Shown here: positions 19,217 to 29,069 of the stretch, piece by piece
Layout: each line of letters starts with the position of its first letter
Position numbering within the stretch: the stretch's first letter is position 1
Assembly (NCBI GenBank): GCA_963665325.3
Contig: OZ224045.1
Span: forward strand, 2,432,001 to 2,496,000
From: Alphaproteobacteria bacterium
GTDB taxonomy: Bacteria; Pseudomonadota; Alphaproteobacteria; Bin95
Direction: 5' to 3'
DNA: 64,000 bases
Translations under genes and position numbers: made by a program
The notes under the pieces: model-generated
The model's input: only the letters and a program-made list of their open reading frames with translations
Database searches by the model: none
What the model was told of the DNA's origin: nothing

Positions 19217-19822
19217 ATGGCCGGGAAGACCGTCGACTATTTCTTCTGCATGAACTCGCCCTGGGTCTATCTCAGCCAGCGCCGGCTTGAGGAGATCGCC
19301 GAAAGGCAGGGCGCCGGCATCGTCTACCACCCGGTGGACCTCCGGGAGATGATGCTGAGGTTGATCGGCATGGACGACCCGCCCGAGCGCTCGGAACTGC
19401 ATCGCGCCTACGGCAAGCGCGACATGGAGCGTTGGGCGGAATATTACGGCCTGCCGCTCTCCGACGAGCCCCGCTACTACCCCGTCTCGCAGCATCTGGC
19501 GGCGCGCGTGGTGGTGGCCGCCGACCGGTTCGGCGCGGACGTGGCCCCGCTCGTGCTGGCGCTGCCGCGCGCCGTCTGGGCCGAGGACCGGGACATCGCC
19601 GACAAGGGAGTGCTGACCGCCATCTGCGAGGAATGCGGCCTGCCGGGCGACATCCTGTTGCGCGCGGCCGACGACACCGAGACGCTGGAACGCTTCGGCG
19701 CCAACACCGACGAGGCGCTCGCGCGCGGCGTGTTCGGCATTCCGAGCTATGTGGTCGGCGGCGAGATCTTCTGGGGCCAGGACCGGCTGGACTTCGTCGA
19801 GCGCGCGCTCGCCGCCGCGTGA
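19217..19822 (+). CDS. 2-hydroxychromene-2-carboxylate isomerase family protein (tandem paralogue)
   Basis: SPWVYL, GVFGIPSY and FWGQDRLDF motifs; GAGGAG RBS before ATG 19217. Confidence 0.88.
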   Translation: MAGKTVDYFFCMNSPWVYLSQRRLEEIAERQGAGIVYHPVDLREMMLRLIGMDDPPERSELHRAYGKRDMERWAEYYGLPLSDEPRYYPVSQHLAARVVVAADRFGADVAPLVLALPRAVWAEDRDIADKGVLTAICEECGLPGDILLRAADDTETLERFGANTDEALARGVFGIPSYVVGGEIFWGQDRLDFVERALAAA

Positions 19823-20742
19823 GGCTCCTACACGGCGGCGATCTCGGGCAGGCCCGCTCAGCCTTCGGCGAGCCCGAGGGTGGCTGGATCGACCTTTCGA
19901 CCGGCGTCAATCCCTGGCCGTGGCCCGCGCCGCCGCTCTCACCGGATGCGCTGACGCGGCTACCTTCCGAAGAGGGGCTAGCCTACCTTGCCGCCGCCGC
20001 TGCACGGGCATTCGGCGCGCGGCGGGCATTGCCGGTGCCAGGCGCGCAGGCGGCAATCCAGCACCTGCCGCACCTCCTGCCGCCCGGCGATGTTGCGGTC
20101 GTGTCGCCAACCTACGGGGAACACGCGCTGGCCTGGGCGGCGGCAGGCCACCGGGTGCGCGGGGCGTCGGAGCCGGAACCGGCCCAGGTGCTCGTCGTGA
20201 GCAACCCGAACAATCCCGACGGCCGCCGGTGGCGCCCCGAATCGTTGCTTGCGGTCGATTGCGGCCTGCTGGTCGTGGATGAATCCTTCGTCGATGCCGT
20301 GCCCGAGCTCTCGCTGGCGGGCCATGAGCATGTCGTCGTGCTGCGGTCGTTCGGCAAATTTTACGGGCTGCCTGGGCTCCGCCTCGGCTTCGCGCTCGGC
20401 CCCGACGGGCTGCTGGACAGGTTGGCCGCACGGCTCGGTCCCTGGCCCGTCTCCGGCCCCGCCCTCGAAATCGGCCAGCGCGCCTATTGCGACGATGCCT
20501 GGGCCGCGGAAACGCGCGCGCGGCTCGAACGCGCAGCGAGCCGGCTCGACGATCTGTTGGTCGCGCGCGGCTTCGAGGTGGTGGGCGGCACGCCGCTGTT
20601 CCGCTTCATCGCAGGCGAGGGCGGCGCGGCGCGCTTCGCCCGCCACGGCCTCTGGGTCCGCAGCTTCCCGGACATGCCGGACCGCTTCCGCCTCGGCTTG
20701 CCGCCGGACGAGGCCGCCTGGGCGCGGCTCGCGCGCGTTTGA
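19819..20742 (+). CDS. cobD: Threonine-phosphate decarboxylase (cobalamin pathway; CobD, called CobC in some alphaproteobacteria)
   Basis: HGGDL, WIDLSTGVNP, NPNNPDG, VVDESF and RSFGKFYGLPGLRLGF (PLP lysine) motifs; GTGA overlap. Confidence 0.87.
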   Translation: MRLLHGGDLGQARSAFGEPEGGWIDLSTGVNPWPWPAPPLSPDALTRLPSEEGLAYLAAAAARAFGARRALPVPGAQAAIQHLPHLLPPGDVAVVSPTYGEHALAWAAAGHRVRGASEPEPAQVLVVSNPNNPDGRRWRPESLLAVDCGLLVVDESFVDAVPELSLAGHEHVVVLRSFGKFYGLPGLRLGFALGPDGLLDRLAARLGPWPVSGPALEIGQRAYCDDAWAAETRARLERAASRLDDLLVARGFEVVGGTPLFRFIAGEGGAARFARHGLWVRSFPDMPDRFRLGLPPDEAAWARLARV

Positions 20743-20746
20743 GCCG

Positions 20747-20770
20747 AGCCCCGCCGGGCGGCGGGGCTTT
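20747..20770. terminator. Hairpin between convergent genes; probable intrinsic terminator
   Basis: AGCCCCGCC-gggc-GGCGGGGCT followed by TT. Confidence 0.6.
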
Positions 20771-20781
20771 GCTTGTGCGGG

Positions 20782-21612
20782 CTACGGCGAGAAGGACACC
20801 GTGTCCGGAATTTCCGTGATCTCGCTGTATTTCAGCATCGCTTCCTTCATGCGCCGCTCATTGTGGCCCAGAAGGTTGTTCCACTCCGCCCACCAGTTCA
20901 GGAACTTCTTGAAGGTAGGGTCCATCTCGCTGCGAATGCCGAAATAGCCGGGCAGCGCCGCGCGCGGCTTCGGATTGTTGAAGGTACCGAGCCCGGGGTT
21001 CTTCTCCTTGGCGATCATGCTGGACAGCACCGTGGTGGTGAAGGCGTCGGCCCGCCCGGAGCTGACCGCAAGGATGATCTGCGAGAACTCCTTGAACTGG
21101 ACCTGGGTCGCCTTGGGCGCCCATTTTTCAAGCAGGAGCTGATCCGAGGTTCCGGTCATCACCGCGACCTTCACGTCGGGATTGTTGTAGTCGGCCCAGT
21201 TCTTGCCCTCGAAGTTCTTGTTGTTCACGGTCACCCACTCGATCCAGTAGATCGGGCCCGCGAAGTCGATCGCCGTCGCCCGCACGGGCGTCGCCTGCAT
21301 GCCGGCCGCGAAGTCCACCTTGCCGGAGGAGATCGCCAGAACCAGCTCGCTCCAGCCGCCGACCTCGACCATGTTGAGCTCGACCTTGAGCTCCTTGGCG
21401 ACATCCTTCGCCATCTCGATCAGCGCGCCGCCCCACTCGTTCGTGTCCTTGTCCTTCACGAAATAGGGCGGATAGTTGAACACCGCGAACTTGACCTCGC
21501 CGCTGCTCTTGATCCGCTCCCAGGTGGACTCCGCCTGGCCCGCGGTCGTGCCCCCGACCAGTAACGCTGCGGCCACGAAGGCCGATGCCAGCGTGGCGAA
21601 TAGCCTCTTCAT
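20782..21612 (-). CDS. Polar amino-acid ABC transporter substrate-binding protein (family 3)
   Basis: Signal peptide MKRLF...; motifs YPPY, SGKVDF, TPVRA.AIDF and GRADA; AGGAG RBS. Confidence 0.87.
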   Translation of the reverse strand: MKRLFATLASAFVAAALLVGGTTAGQAESTWERIKSSGEVKFAVFNYPPYFVKDKDTNEWGGALIEMAKDVAKELKVELNMVEVGGWSELVLAISSGKVDFAAGMQATPVRATAIDFAGPIYWIEWVTVNNKNFEGKNWADYNNPDVKVAVMTGTSDQLLLEKWAPKATQVQFKEFSQIILAVSSGRADAFTTTVLSSMIAKEKNPGLGTFNNPKPRAALPGYFGIRSEMDPTFKKFLNWWAEWNNLLGHNERRMKEAMLKYSEITEIPDTVSFSP

Positions 21613-21720
21613 GAGTTCTCTCCTCCTTGTAGGTCGGATTCTCCAAAACCGGGATTGTCTGACAGGCGCAGCAATATTCAACGGAGAACTTACATTATCT
21701 CATCCAGAAGTTCATTTGAG

Positions 21721-21736
21721 CCTCCCAAATGGGAGG
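21721..21736. promoter_or_regulatory. Palindrome in the divergent promoter region; candidate operator
   Basis: CCTCCCA-AA-TGGGAGG within an AT-rich stretch upstream of the SBP gene. Confidence 0.4.
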
Positions 21737-22027
21737 AAATGACAATATTTTCCGCTGCCTCGTTTTCGGATGCCGGCGGGGCGGGTTTGCGCGAAAGCGC
21801 CGCAAGCCGTTCCGCTTGCGTCGATCCCGGCTGCTGCTGCTATTGACCGGGCTTTCCCGCCCCTATACGGAACGTGCTGCGATGCCGACGGTTGCAGGCG
21901 CCCCAGGCGTTTGGGGGAACGCCGAGGGCGGGTTGCGGAATATGCCGCGGAACAATCCCGGAAACCTTCCGAACGGTGCCGAAACGACGGTCGGGATGCC
22001 GGAGGCGCGTGTGAGCGAGTGGGTTGC

Positions 22028-23163
22028 ATGACCGGGAAGCGGACCCGACAGAAGATCGAACGCCTACGGGTGCATGTCGTCGACATCCCGGTCCAGGCCG
22101 TCCACTCACACGGCAGCGGCGACATATCGGGTGTCACCAGCGCCATTCTGGAAATTGTTACGGATGGCGGCCTCACCGGATGGGGCGAGGCGTCACCCTG
22201 GCCCGTCTTTACTGGCACGGTCGAAGCGAATGCGGCGGCGCTGCATGTCCATCTGCGCCCGCATCTGCTTGGCGAGGACCCCGTACAGGTCGAGAGGCAC
22301 ATGGCGATGGCGGACCGGGTCGTCGTCGGCTGCCCGGAAGCGAAGGCTGCGCTCGAAGCGGCGCTTCTCGACATAACGGGACAGGTGAGCGGTTTGTCGG
22401 TCTCGGAACTGGTGGCGGCCGCCACCGCGACCGGGTGCCGCTCAGCTTTTCCGTCGCCAATCCCGACTTCGACGCCGATCTCGACGACATCGCCCGCATT
22501 ACCGGAGACGGCGTGCGCATCCTGAAGATCAAGACCGGTTTCGAGGACCATGTCTTCGACCGGATGCGGTTGGAGAAGCTGCGCGCCCTCTACGGCGATA
22601 CGCTCAGCCTCCGTATCGACTACAACCAGGGCCTCAGGGCCACGGACGCCATCCGCACCCTGCGGGACCTGGAGTGCTTCGGGCTCACCTTCATCGAGCA
22701 GCCGGTGAAACGCCATGAACGCGCCGCGCTTGCGGAGATAACCCGCGCCCTTGACACGCCCGTCATGGCCGACGAATCGGTGTTCGATCCGCGCGAGGCG
22801 ATGCAGGGTGTGTCGATGCGGCTCGCCGACATCTTCGCCCTCAAGATCATGAAGTCGGGCGGTATAAGGCGCGCCCTTGAAGTGGCTGCGATCGCACGCT
22901 TGGGCGGCATCGACGTCTATGGCGGCTGCATGTTCGAGACCGGTATCGCCCATGCCGCGGGTGCGCATCTGATGGCCGCCTTGCCGGACCTTCATCTCGG
23001 CTGCGAGTTCTACATGTCCAGCTACTATCTGAAGGAGGACATCCTGGCCGAGCCGTTTCCCGTTCGGAACGGCATGGTGCATGTCCCCGACGGGCCGGGG
23101 CTGGGCATTGCCGTCGATCCGGACCGGCTGGCGAAATACCGAACCCTGCTGCTCGAAAAGTAG
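22028..23163 (+). pseudogene. Enolase-superfamily (muconate cycloisomerase/racemase-like) gene with a 1-nt frameshift at ~22414
   Basis: The N-terminal half (GWGEASPW...ALLDITG..SGLSVSELV) and the C-terminal half (GGRHRDRVPLSFS, KIKTG, DYNQ, EQP, DES, LKIMKSGG) are in different frames. Adding one G in CTG GTG G(G)C GGC restores a single ORF. Confidence 0.8.
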
Positions 23164-23178
23164 AGCTAAAGAGCCCTT

Positions 23179-23979
23179 TTACCCCTCCGTTTCCTGGCGC
23201 CGGAACCGCGTGAGAAAGGCTTGGGTGCGAGGGCTCCGAGGGTTCGCCAGTACCTCGCCGGCTGAGCCCTCCTCGATCACCTCTCCCTGGTCCATGAAGA
23301 CCACCCGATCCGCTACGTCCTGCGCGAAACCCATTTCATGGGTCACGACGACCATCGTAGCTCCATCGCGGGCCAGGCCCTGCATCACGGCCAGCACCTC
23401 GCCGACGAGCTCGGGGTCGAGAGCGGATGTCACCTCGTCGAACAGCAGCACCTCGGGCTTCATGGCGAGCGCACGGGCTATGGCCACGCGCTGCTGCTGG
23501 CCGCCGGACAGCTCGCGCGGCAGCCGGTCCTCCATCCCCGAGAGCCCGACACGGGTCAGGTGTTCCATGGCGAGCCTGCGGGCTTCCGCCGCCGGAATCC
23601 TCTGGACGACCGTCGGGCCGACCATGACGTTCTGCAGCGCCGTCTTGTGGGCGAACAGGTCGAATTGCTGGAATACCATGCCGAACTGGGCGCGGAAGCG
23701 CGCCAGGTTGCGGCCCGTAGGCAGGCTGCGCCGGTTGGCGAAGTCCAGTTCCCGGTCGCCGACGCGCAGCGTGCCGCCGGTCGGCTCCTCCAGCAGGTTG
23801 AGGCAGCGCAATGTCGTGGACTTGCCGCAACCGGACGGGCCGATGATAACGACCACCTCACCCGCATGGACATCGAGGGACACGCCCCGCACGGCCTCGA
23901 CCGAACCGTAGTTCTTGCGGAGGTTGCGCAGGGACACCGTCGGGTGGCTGCGGGGGCCGGTTCCGGAGCTATTGATCAC
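23179..23979 (-). CDS. Polar amino-acid ABC transporter ATPase (GlnQ-like)
   Basis: [36 protein letters not shown] and VTHEMGFA motifs. Confidence 0.93.
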   Translation of the reverse strand: MINSSGTGPRSHPTVSLRNLRKNYGSVEAVRGVSLDVHAGEVVVIIGPSGCGKSTTLRCLNLLEEPTGGTLRVGDRELDFANRRSLPTGRNLARFRAQFGMVFQQFDLFAHKTALQNVMVGPTVVQRIPAAEARRLAMEHLTRVGLSGMEDRLPRELSGGQQQRVAIARALAMKPEVLLFDEVTSALDPELVGEVLAVMQGLARDGATMVVVTHEMGFAQDVADRVVFMDQGEVIEEGSAGEVLANPRSPRTQAFLTRFRRQETEG

Positions 23980-24631
23980 TGCGCGCCTCCAGCCGTTTGC
24001 CCCACTGCGTGATCGGGTAGAGCAGCACGAAATAAGCGACCGCGACGCCTGTATAGACCTCCAGCGGCCGGTAGGTGTCGGCCACCACCAGATAGCCCGT
24101 GTACATCATGTCCGGGACAGCGACGACATAGAGGAGGGCGGTGTTCTTGAACTGGATGACCGACTGGTTGACGAAGGGCGGCACCATCCGGCGGACGGCC
24201 TGCGGCAGGATGATGTGCTGCATCATCTCCCGGTAGGTCATGCCGATGGCCCGCGCCGCTTGCCACTGGCCCTTGTCGATAGAGATGATGCCGCCCCGAA
24301 AGATCTCGGTGGCGAAGCAGCCCATATAGAGCGTGAGCCCGATGCCGGCGGCCAGCCAGCCGGGCAGATCGACCTGGATGACGATCGGCAGGGCGAAGAA
24401 GAACCAGATGATCTGGACCAGCACCGGCGTGCAGCGGAACAGCTCCACATAGGCGTGAATCGGGACGGTCAGCCACCAGCGGTTCGCGAGCAGGCCCATG
24501 CCGCAGACGACGCCAATGATGAGGCCGCCGATCACGGTTCCGGTCGCATAGGCAATGGTGACGAGCAGGCCTTTCAGCCACCACCCTTCGTAGCCGATGA
24601 AGACAGTGTAGAAATCCCAATTGTGTTCCAT
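23969..24631 (-). CDS. Polar amino-acid ABC transporter permease
   Basis: [28 protein letters not shown] and IILPQA motifs. Confidence 0.92.
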   Translation of the reverse strand: MEHNWDFYTVFIGYEGWWLKGLLVTIAYATGTVIGGLIIGVVCGMGLLANRWWLTVPIHAYVELFRCTPVLVQIIWFFFALPIVIQVDLPGWLAAGIGLTLYMGCFATEIFRGGIISIDKGQWQAARAIGMTYREMMQHIILPQAVRRMVPPFVNQSVIQFKNTALLYVVAVPDMMYTGYLVVADTYRPLEVYTGVAVAYFVLLYPITQWGKRLEARSDQ

Positions 24632-24677
24632 GGCTTCCTGTCTCCGTCTGCGGCGGCTCTCGGGCGGAGTCCGCGTT

Positions 24678-25922
24678 CTAGAACCGGTCGGGCCGGAAGG
24701 GCGCCAGGTCCACGCTCGGCGGGCGGCCGGCTGCGAGTTCGGAAACCAGCTTTCCCGTAATGCCGCCCATGGTGAGGCCCAGATGGTCGTGGCCGAAGGC
24801 GAACCAGGCATTCGGGAAACGCGGCGAGCGTCCGATGACCGGCTTCGAATCCGGATGCGAGGGGCGCGGGCCCATCCATTCGGTGATGCGCGCGCCCTTG
24901 AGGCCGGGGAAGAGTGCCTCCCCGTGGCGGCGGACGCGCGCGGCGACCCGGGGGTCCGGCGGGGCCTCCGGAGGTGCGAACTCGGCGACGCCGCCGACGC
25001 GCACGCCTTCGGCCATCGGCGTCACCGCGACATGCCGGTCCACCGAGATGATGCCGCCATTCATGGAAACATCCGTATCGCGGAACATCGCGTGGTAGCC
25101 GCGCTCGGCCTCTAGCGGCACGCGCGTGCCGAGCATGGCCGCGAGCCGCCTGGACCAGACGCCGGCCGCCACCACGACATTCCCGACCGGCAGGTCGCCC
25201 GCGTCGGTCCTGAGCGCGCGCACGCCTTCCGGGCCGATGTCGAACCCGCGCACCGTGCGCCTCTCCAGCCGGCCGCCGCGCAGCTCGAACAGGGAGGCCA
25301 GTGCCTGAACCAACCCTAGAGGGTTCACCGTGTGCGAGAAGTCGGCGACACGGTACGCCCGGACCACGGCGGGGCTGAGCGCGGGCTGCACCTGGCGCGC
25401 CTCGTCGCCGTCGAGCAGGTCCATCTGCACGCCGTTGCGCCGGCGCAGGTCGAACGCATAGGACGCGGCCCGGAAGCTCTCCTCGCTTTCGAAGGTGAAC
25501 ATCAGTCCGGTCCGGCTCATCTGGTGCTGCGCGCCTGCCTCGGCGACCAGCGGATCGAATGCCTCATGCACCTTGTCCAGCAGGCTCTGCCGGGCGGCGG
25601 CGTTCGCCTCGACACGGTCCCGGCGGGCGTTGGCGATGAAGCTGAGGAACCAGGGCAGGGCCTTTACCGTGTGGCCCCAGCGCAGTTTCAGCGGCGCGTC
25701 CGCGTCCAGCAGCATGCCCGGAACCTTCCGGAGCACGCCGGGCATGGCGGCAGGCGGGCAGGACGCCACGCCGAAGCCGCCGAGATTGCCGAAGGAGGCT
25801 TCCTCGCCGGGACCGCCGCGGTCCACGAGGGTGACGTCGAACCCCTCATTCTGGAGGTAAAGAGCGCAGCAGGTGCCGACCATGCCGGCGCCGACCACTG
25901 CGAAGGACGGTTTGCTGTCCAT
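24678..25922 (-). CDS. FAD-dependent D-amino-acid dehydrogenase-like oxidoreductase (DadA family)
   Basis: VVGAGMVG, ASFGN, ERGYH, WMGPRPS.PDS.PVIG and FGHDHLGLT motifs. Confidence 0.88.
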   Translation of the reverse strand: MDSKPSFAVVGAGMVGTCCALYLQNEGFDVTLVDRGGPGEEASFGNLGGFGVASCPPAAMPGVLRKVPGMLLDADAPLKLRWGHTVKALPWFLSFIANARRDRVEANAAARQSLLDKVHEAFDPLVAEAGAQHQMSRTGLMFTFESEESFRAASYAFDLRRRNGVQMDLLDGDEARQVQPALSPAVVRAYRVADFSHTVNPLGLVQALASLFELRGGRLERRTVRGFDIGPEGVRALRTDAGDLPVGNVVVAAGVWSRRLAAMLGTRVPLEAERGYHAMFRDTDVSMNGGIISVDRHVAVTPMAEGVRVGGVAEFAPPEAPPDPRVAARVRRHGEALFPGLKGARITEWMGPRPSHPDSKPVIGRSPRFPNAWFAFGHDHLGLTMGGITGKLVSELAAGRPPSVDLAPFRPDRF

Positions 25923-26005
25923 GCTTCCGGTTCCGGCTTTGCGGGTTGCGGAAGCGTCGCATATCCCGCCCCGAGAACCAACGCGCCCTCCGGCGGGCGC
26001 CGGCC

Positions 26006-26899
26006 TCAGGCCGCGAGCGGGCGTTCCCCCCGGATCAGGGTGCGGTGCAGGACGCGGGGCTGTGTGGCATCGACTTCCGTGCGGGCGTGCATGGTGCAGC
26101 GATTGTCCCAGATCAGCACGTCGCCCGGTCGCCAGACATGGGTCCAGACGATTGCGGGATCGGTCGCGGCGGCCCAGAGTTCGTCCAGCAACGCCTCGCT
26201 CTCCGCTTCGTCCAGTTCCACGATATGGCTCGACGGCGCCTTGTAGCGGCGCCCGAGATAGAGCGCCGCGCGGCCGGTGACCGGGTGGCGGCGCAAGAGG
26301 GGATGAACCGGACCCGGCACCTCGTCGCGCGAGGCGGGCGCCGTGACGGTGGGCCGGAGGCCGCCGGCGGTGTTGCGCGACGAATCGTGCCGGACAGTGA
26401 GGCCCGGCAGCCGGCGGCGCGTCGCCTCTGGCAGGCGTTCATAGGCGGCGTACTGGTTGGCGAAGGAGGTGTCGCCGCCGCCGTTCACGGGCACCTTGTG
26501 CGCGTAGAGGATCGAGCCTTTCGGGGGCTGTTCGACATAGGAGTTGTCCGTGTGCCAGGTGAGCTCCTGGCTGCCCGTGCCGGCATGGAGCTTCGCCGGC
26601 TTGCCGGTCTCGTCGAGGTTCGAGACGATGGAGATGCCCGGCAGGCGGCTGACGCGCCCGGTCTCCACGCCGTAGCCGCCCTTGAGGTAGTAGGAGCGCG
26701 AGCCCGCCTCCTGCGCGCCCCCCATCGCTTCCGCCAGCGCCAGCAGGTCCTCGTCGGCAAGCGTCTGGTCCCGGAACAGCAGCACAAGATGGTCGGACCA
26801 TGCCCGCTCCAGCGCTTCCGCGTCCAGCGGCCGGGACAGGTCCACGCCGCGGACTTCGGCGCCCAGAGCATCTCCGCTGGGAACGATTTCGAACGCCAT
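26006..26899 (-). CDS. TauD/TfdA family Fe(II)/2-oxoglutarate dioxygenase
   Basis: WHTD, GGDTSFAN, HPLLRRHPVTGR and WDNRCTMHAR motifs. Confidence 0.92.
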   Translation of the reverse strand: MAFEIVPSGDALGAEVRGVDLSRPLDAEALERAWSDHLVLLFRDQTLADEDLLALAEAMGGAQEAGSRSYYLKGGYGVETGRVSRLPGISIVSNLDETGKPAKLHAGTGSQELTWHTDNSYVEQPPKGSILYAHKVPVNGGGDTSFANQYAAYERLPEATRRRLPGLTVRHDSSRNTAGGLRPTVTAPASRDEVPGPVHPLLRRHPVTGRAALYLGRRYKAPSSHIVELDEAESEALLDELWAAATDPAIVWTHVWRPGDVLIWDNRCTMHARTEVDATQPRVLHRTLIRGERPLAA

Positions 26900-26970
26900 C
26901 GGTCTCCCTCCCCACCCGTCGGCCTGCCGAGGCTATAGATGTTTCCGCCGCCGTAAAGCCGGCGGGCGCG

Positions 26971-28440
26971 TCACGACCGCCAGAAGTGGGGGGTAAAGAG
27001 GAGGAGGACGCTCAGCACTTCGAGGCGGCCGAGGAGCATGCCGCAGATCAGCACCCATTTGGCCGGGTCGTTGAGCGACGAGAAATTGCCCATCGGGCCG
27101 ATGGTGTCGCCGAGGCCGGGTCCGACATTGGAGATTGCCGTAGCGGCGCCGGACACGGCCGTTTCCAGGTCGAGGCCGGCGATGCCGAGCGCCACCGTAA
27201 TCACGGCGAAAGAGGTGATGAAGAGGAACACGAAACTCGTCACCGAGGTCGCCACCGCCGCCGGGATCGGCTTGCCGGCGTAGTGGGGAACAAAAACGCC
27301 ATGCGGGTGGAGCAGGCGGCCGATCTGGGCGCGCGCCTCCGCAAACAGCACCTGGAGGCGGAACACCTTGATTCCGCAGGTGGTCGAGCCGGCGCAGCCG
27401 CCGATGAACATGAGGCAGAAGAGGGCGGCCGGTGCGAAGCCGCCCCACACGGAAAAGTCGGCGGTCACATAGCCGGTTCCCGTCATATAGGAGGTGGCAT
27501 TGAAGGCTACCTGCCTGAGCGCGACGAACGGGTCCACGGAGTTCACGGCCGCATGGGCCGCCGTCACCACCGCCACCGCCACGCCGAGGATGCCGAGAAA
27601 CGCCTGCACCTGGCTGTCGGAAAGCAGCCTTGCTCCGCGTCCGCGCAGCATCTGGATATAGAGAACGAAGGGCAGCGCCCCGGCGATCATGCCGGCGACG
27701 ATGATCCATTCCACGGCGGGGTTGCGGAACTCGCCGACGGAGCCGTCCATGGTCGAGAAGCCGCCCGTTGCGATCGTCGTCATCGAATGGACCACCGCAT
27801 CGAAGATACCCAGCCCTGCCGCATAGAGGCCGCCGGTCAGCACAATGGTCATGGCAAGATAGATCACCCCGATATGGCCGGCGATCTGCGCGGCCCTGGG
27901 CAGTACCTTCTCGGACCGGTCGCTCGACTCGATCCGGAATATCTGCATGCCGCCGACCCGGAGCAGCGGCGAGACCGCGATCGCGGTGACGATGATGCCC
28001 ATGCCGCCGAGCCATTGCAGCAGCGCGCGCCAGAGGAGGATGCCGGGCGCCATGTCGTCGAGGCCGATAAGCACGGTCGAGCCGGTGGTAGTGATGCCCG
28101 AGACTGCCTCGAACATGGCGTCGGTCACATCCAGATCGATATCCGAAAGCAGCAGCAGGGGCAGGGCGGCGAAAGCGCTGAGCACCACCCAACTCAATAC
28201 CGCCATCAGGAAAGACTGGCGCAGCGTGAGATAGCGGCGCAGTTGCGAACTCGGCCGCGCGGAGCGGCAGACGGCGATCAGGAGGCCGCCGACGAAGAGC
28301 GTAATCGCCGCGCCGATCAGGAAGACGGTCGATTCCGACTCGACGCGGTCCGCTTCGACTGCGGCGGGCAGCAACATGGCCGCGGCGAGCATGACCAGCA
28401 GCCAGCCGATAATGAAAAAGACCGGTCGAACGTCGATCAT
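26971..28440 (-). CDS. trkH: Trk potassium uptake membrane subunit
   Basis: FEAVSGITTTGST, LQWLGGMGII, TIATGGFS, GGCAGSTTCGIK and NVGPGLG motifs. Confidence 0.95.
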   Translation of the reverse strand: MIDVRPVFFIIGWLLVMLAAAMLLPAAVEADRVESESTVFLIGAAITLFVGGLLIAVCRSARPSSQLRRYLTLRQSFLMAVLSWVVLSAFAALPLLLLSDIDLDVTDAMFEAVSGITTTGSTVLIGLDDMAPGILLWRALLQWLGGMGIIVTAIAVSPLLRVGGMQIFRIESSDRSEKVLPRAAQIAGHIGVIYLAMTIVLTGGLYAAGLGIFDAVVHSMTTIATGGFSTMDGSVGEFRNPAVEWIIVAGMIAGALPFVLYIQMLRGRGARLLSDSQVQAFLGILGVAVAVVTAAHAAVNSVDPFVALRQVAFNATSYMTGTGYVTADFSVWGGFAPAALFCLMFIGGCAGSTTCGIKVFRLQVLFAEARAQIGRLLHPHGVFVPHYAGKPIPAAVATSVTSFVFLFITSFAVITVALGIAGLDLETAVSGAATAISNVGPGLGDTIGPMGNFSSLNDPAKWVLICGMLLGRLEVLSVLLLFTPHFWRS

Positions 28441-28456
28441 GACGCGCGGGGACGGC

Positions 28457-28849
28457 TCAGTGGATCGACTCCGCCGACCAGGGGCTGTCGAGCGAGAAGG
28501 CCGGAATGTCGATCTCGAACCGTTCGCCGTTCTCGCGCACCATCAGGTATTGCCCGACCATGAAACCGGACGCGGTCGGCAGCGGCGCGCCACTGGAATA
28601 CTCGAAGCTCTCGCCGGGCCTGAGCACGGGCTGCTTGCCGACGACGCCGGGGCCGCGCACCTCTTCGGCGCGGCCGAGCGCATCGGTGATCCGCCAGTAG
28701 CGCGACAGCAGCTGCACGGTGCCGTCACCCTCGTTCGCGATCTCGATATGATAGGCCCAGAAGTAGCGCCCCTCCGCCGGATCGGAATGGTCTTCCAGAT
28801 ATTCAGGGCGGACGCGCACACGCAGGTTTGCGGTCGTCTTCTCATACAT
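28457..28849 (-). CDS. apaG: ApaG protein
   Basis: VQLLSRYWRITD, GPGVVGKQP and FEYSSG motifs; ATG at 28849. Confidence 0.93.
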   Translation of the reverse strand: MYEKTTANLRVRVRPEYLEDHSDPAEGRYFWAYHIEIANEGDGTVQLLSRYWRITDALGRAEEVRGPGVVGKQPVLRPGESFEYSSGAPLPTASGFMVGQYLMVRENGERFEIDIPAFSLDSPWSAESIH

Positions 28850-29069
28850 GATGATTTGCTCCCGGAACGGTATTGTCCGGCATCGGCAACGCCTAAAGCA
28901 AGTCCCGAGAGCCGCCGTGCAAACGGCCCCCGTGCCCGGTTGGAGGAAGCAGGTCGGCCTTTCGTGCAAGACCGCGCTCAGCTATAGAGAGCGCTCCCGC
29001 CACCCGTTGCCGCCCCCCATGTTTTCCGGCTCCGCGCTCCTGTTCCGTCCTGCCGCCGGCCGAGGCTAG

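Noticed and set aside
21868-22027. Glycine-riboswitch-like fragments (CGCCGAGGGCG, CCCGGAAAC) in the enolase leader
   Set aside because: The GGAGA and CTCTCAGG core elements are missing.
22405-22425. Programmed ribosomal frameshift in the enolase gene
   Set aside because: No X XXY YYZ slippery site; a simple 1-nt indel explains it.
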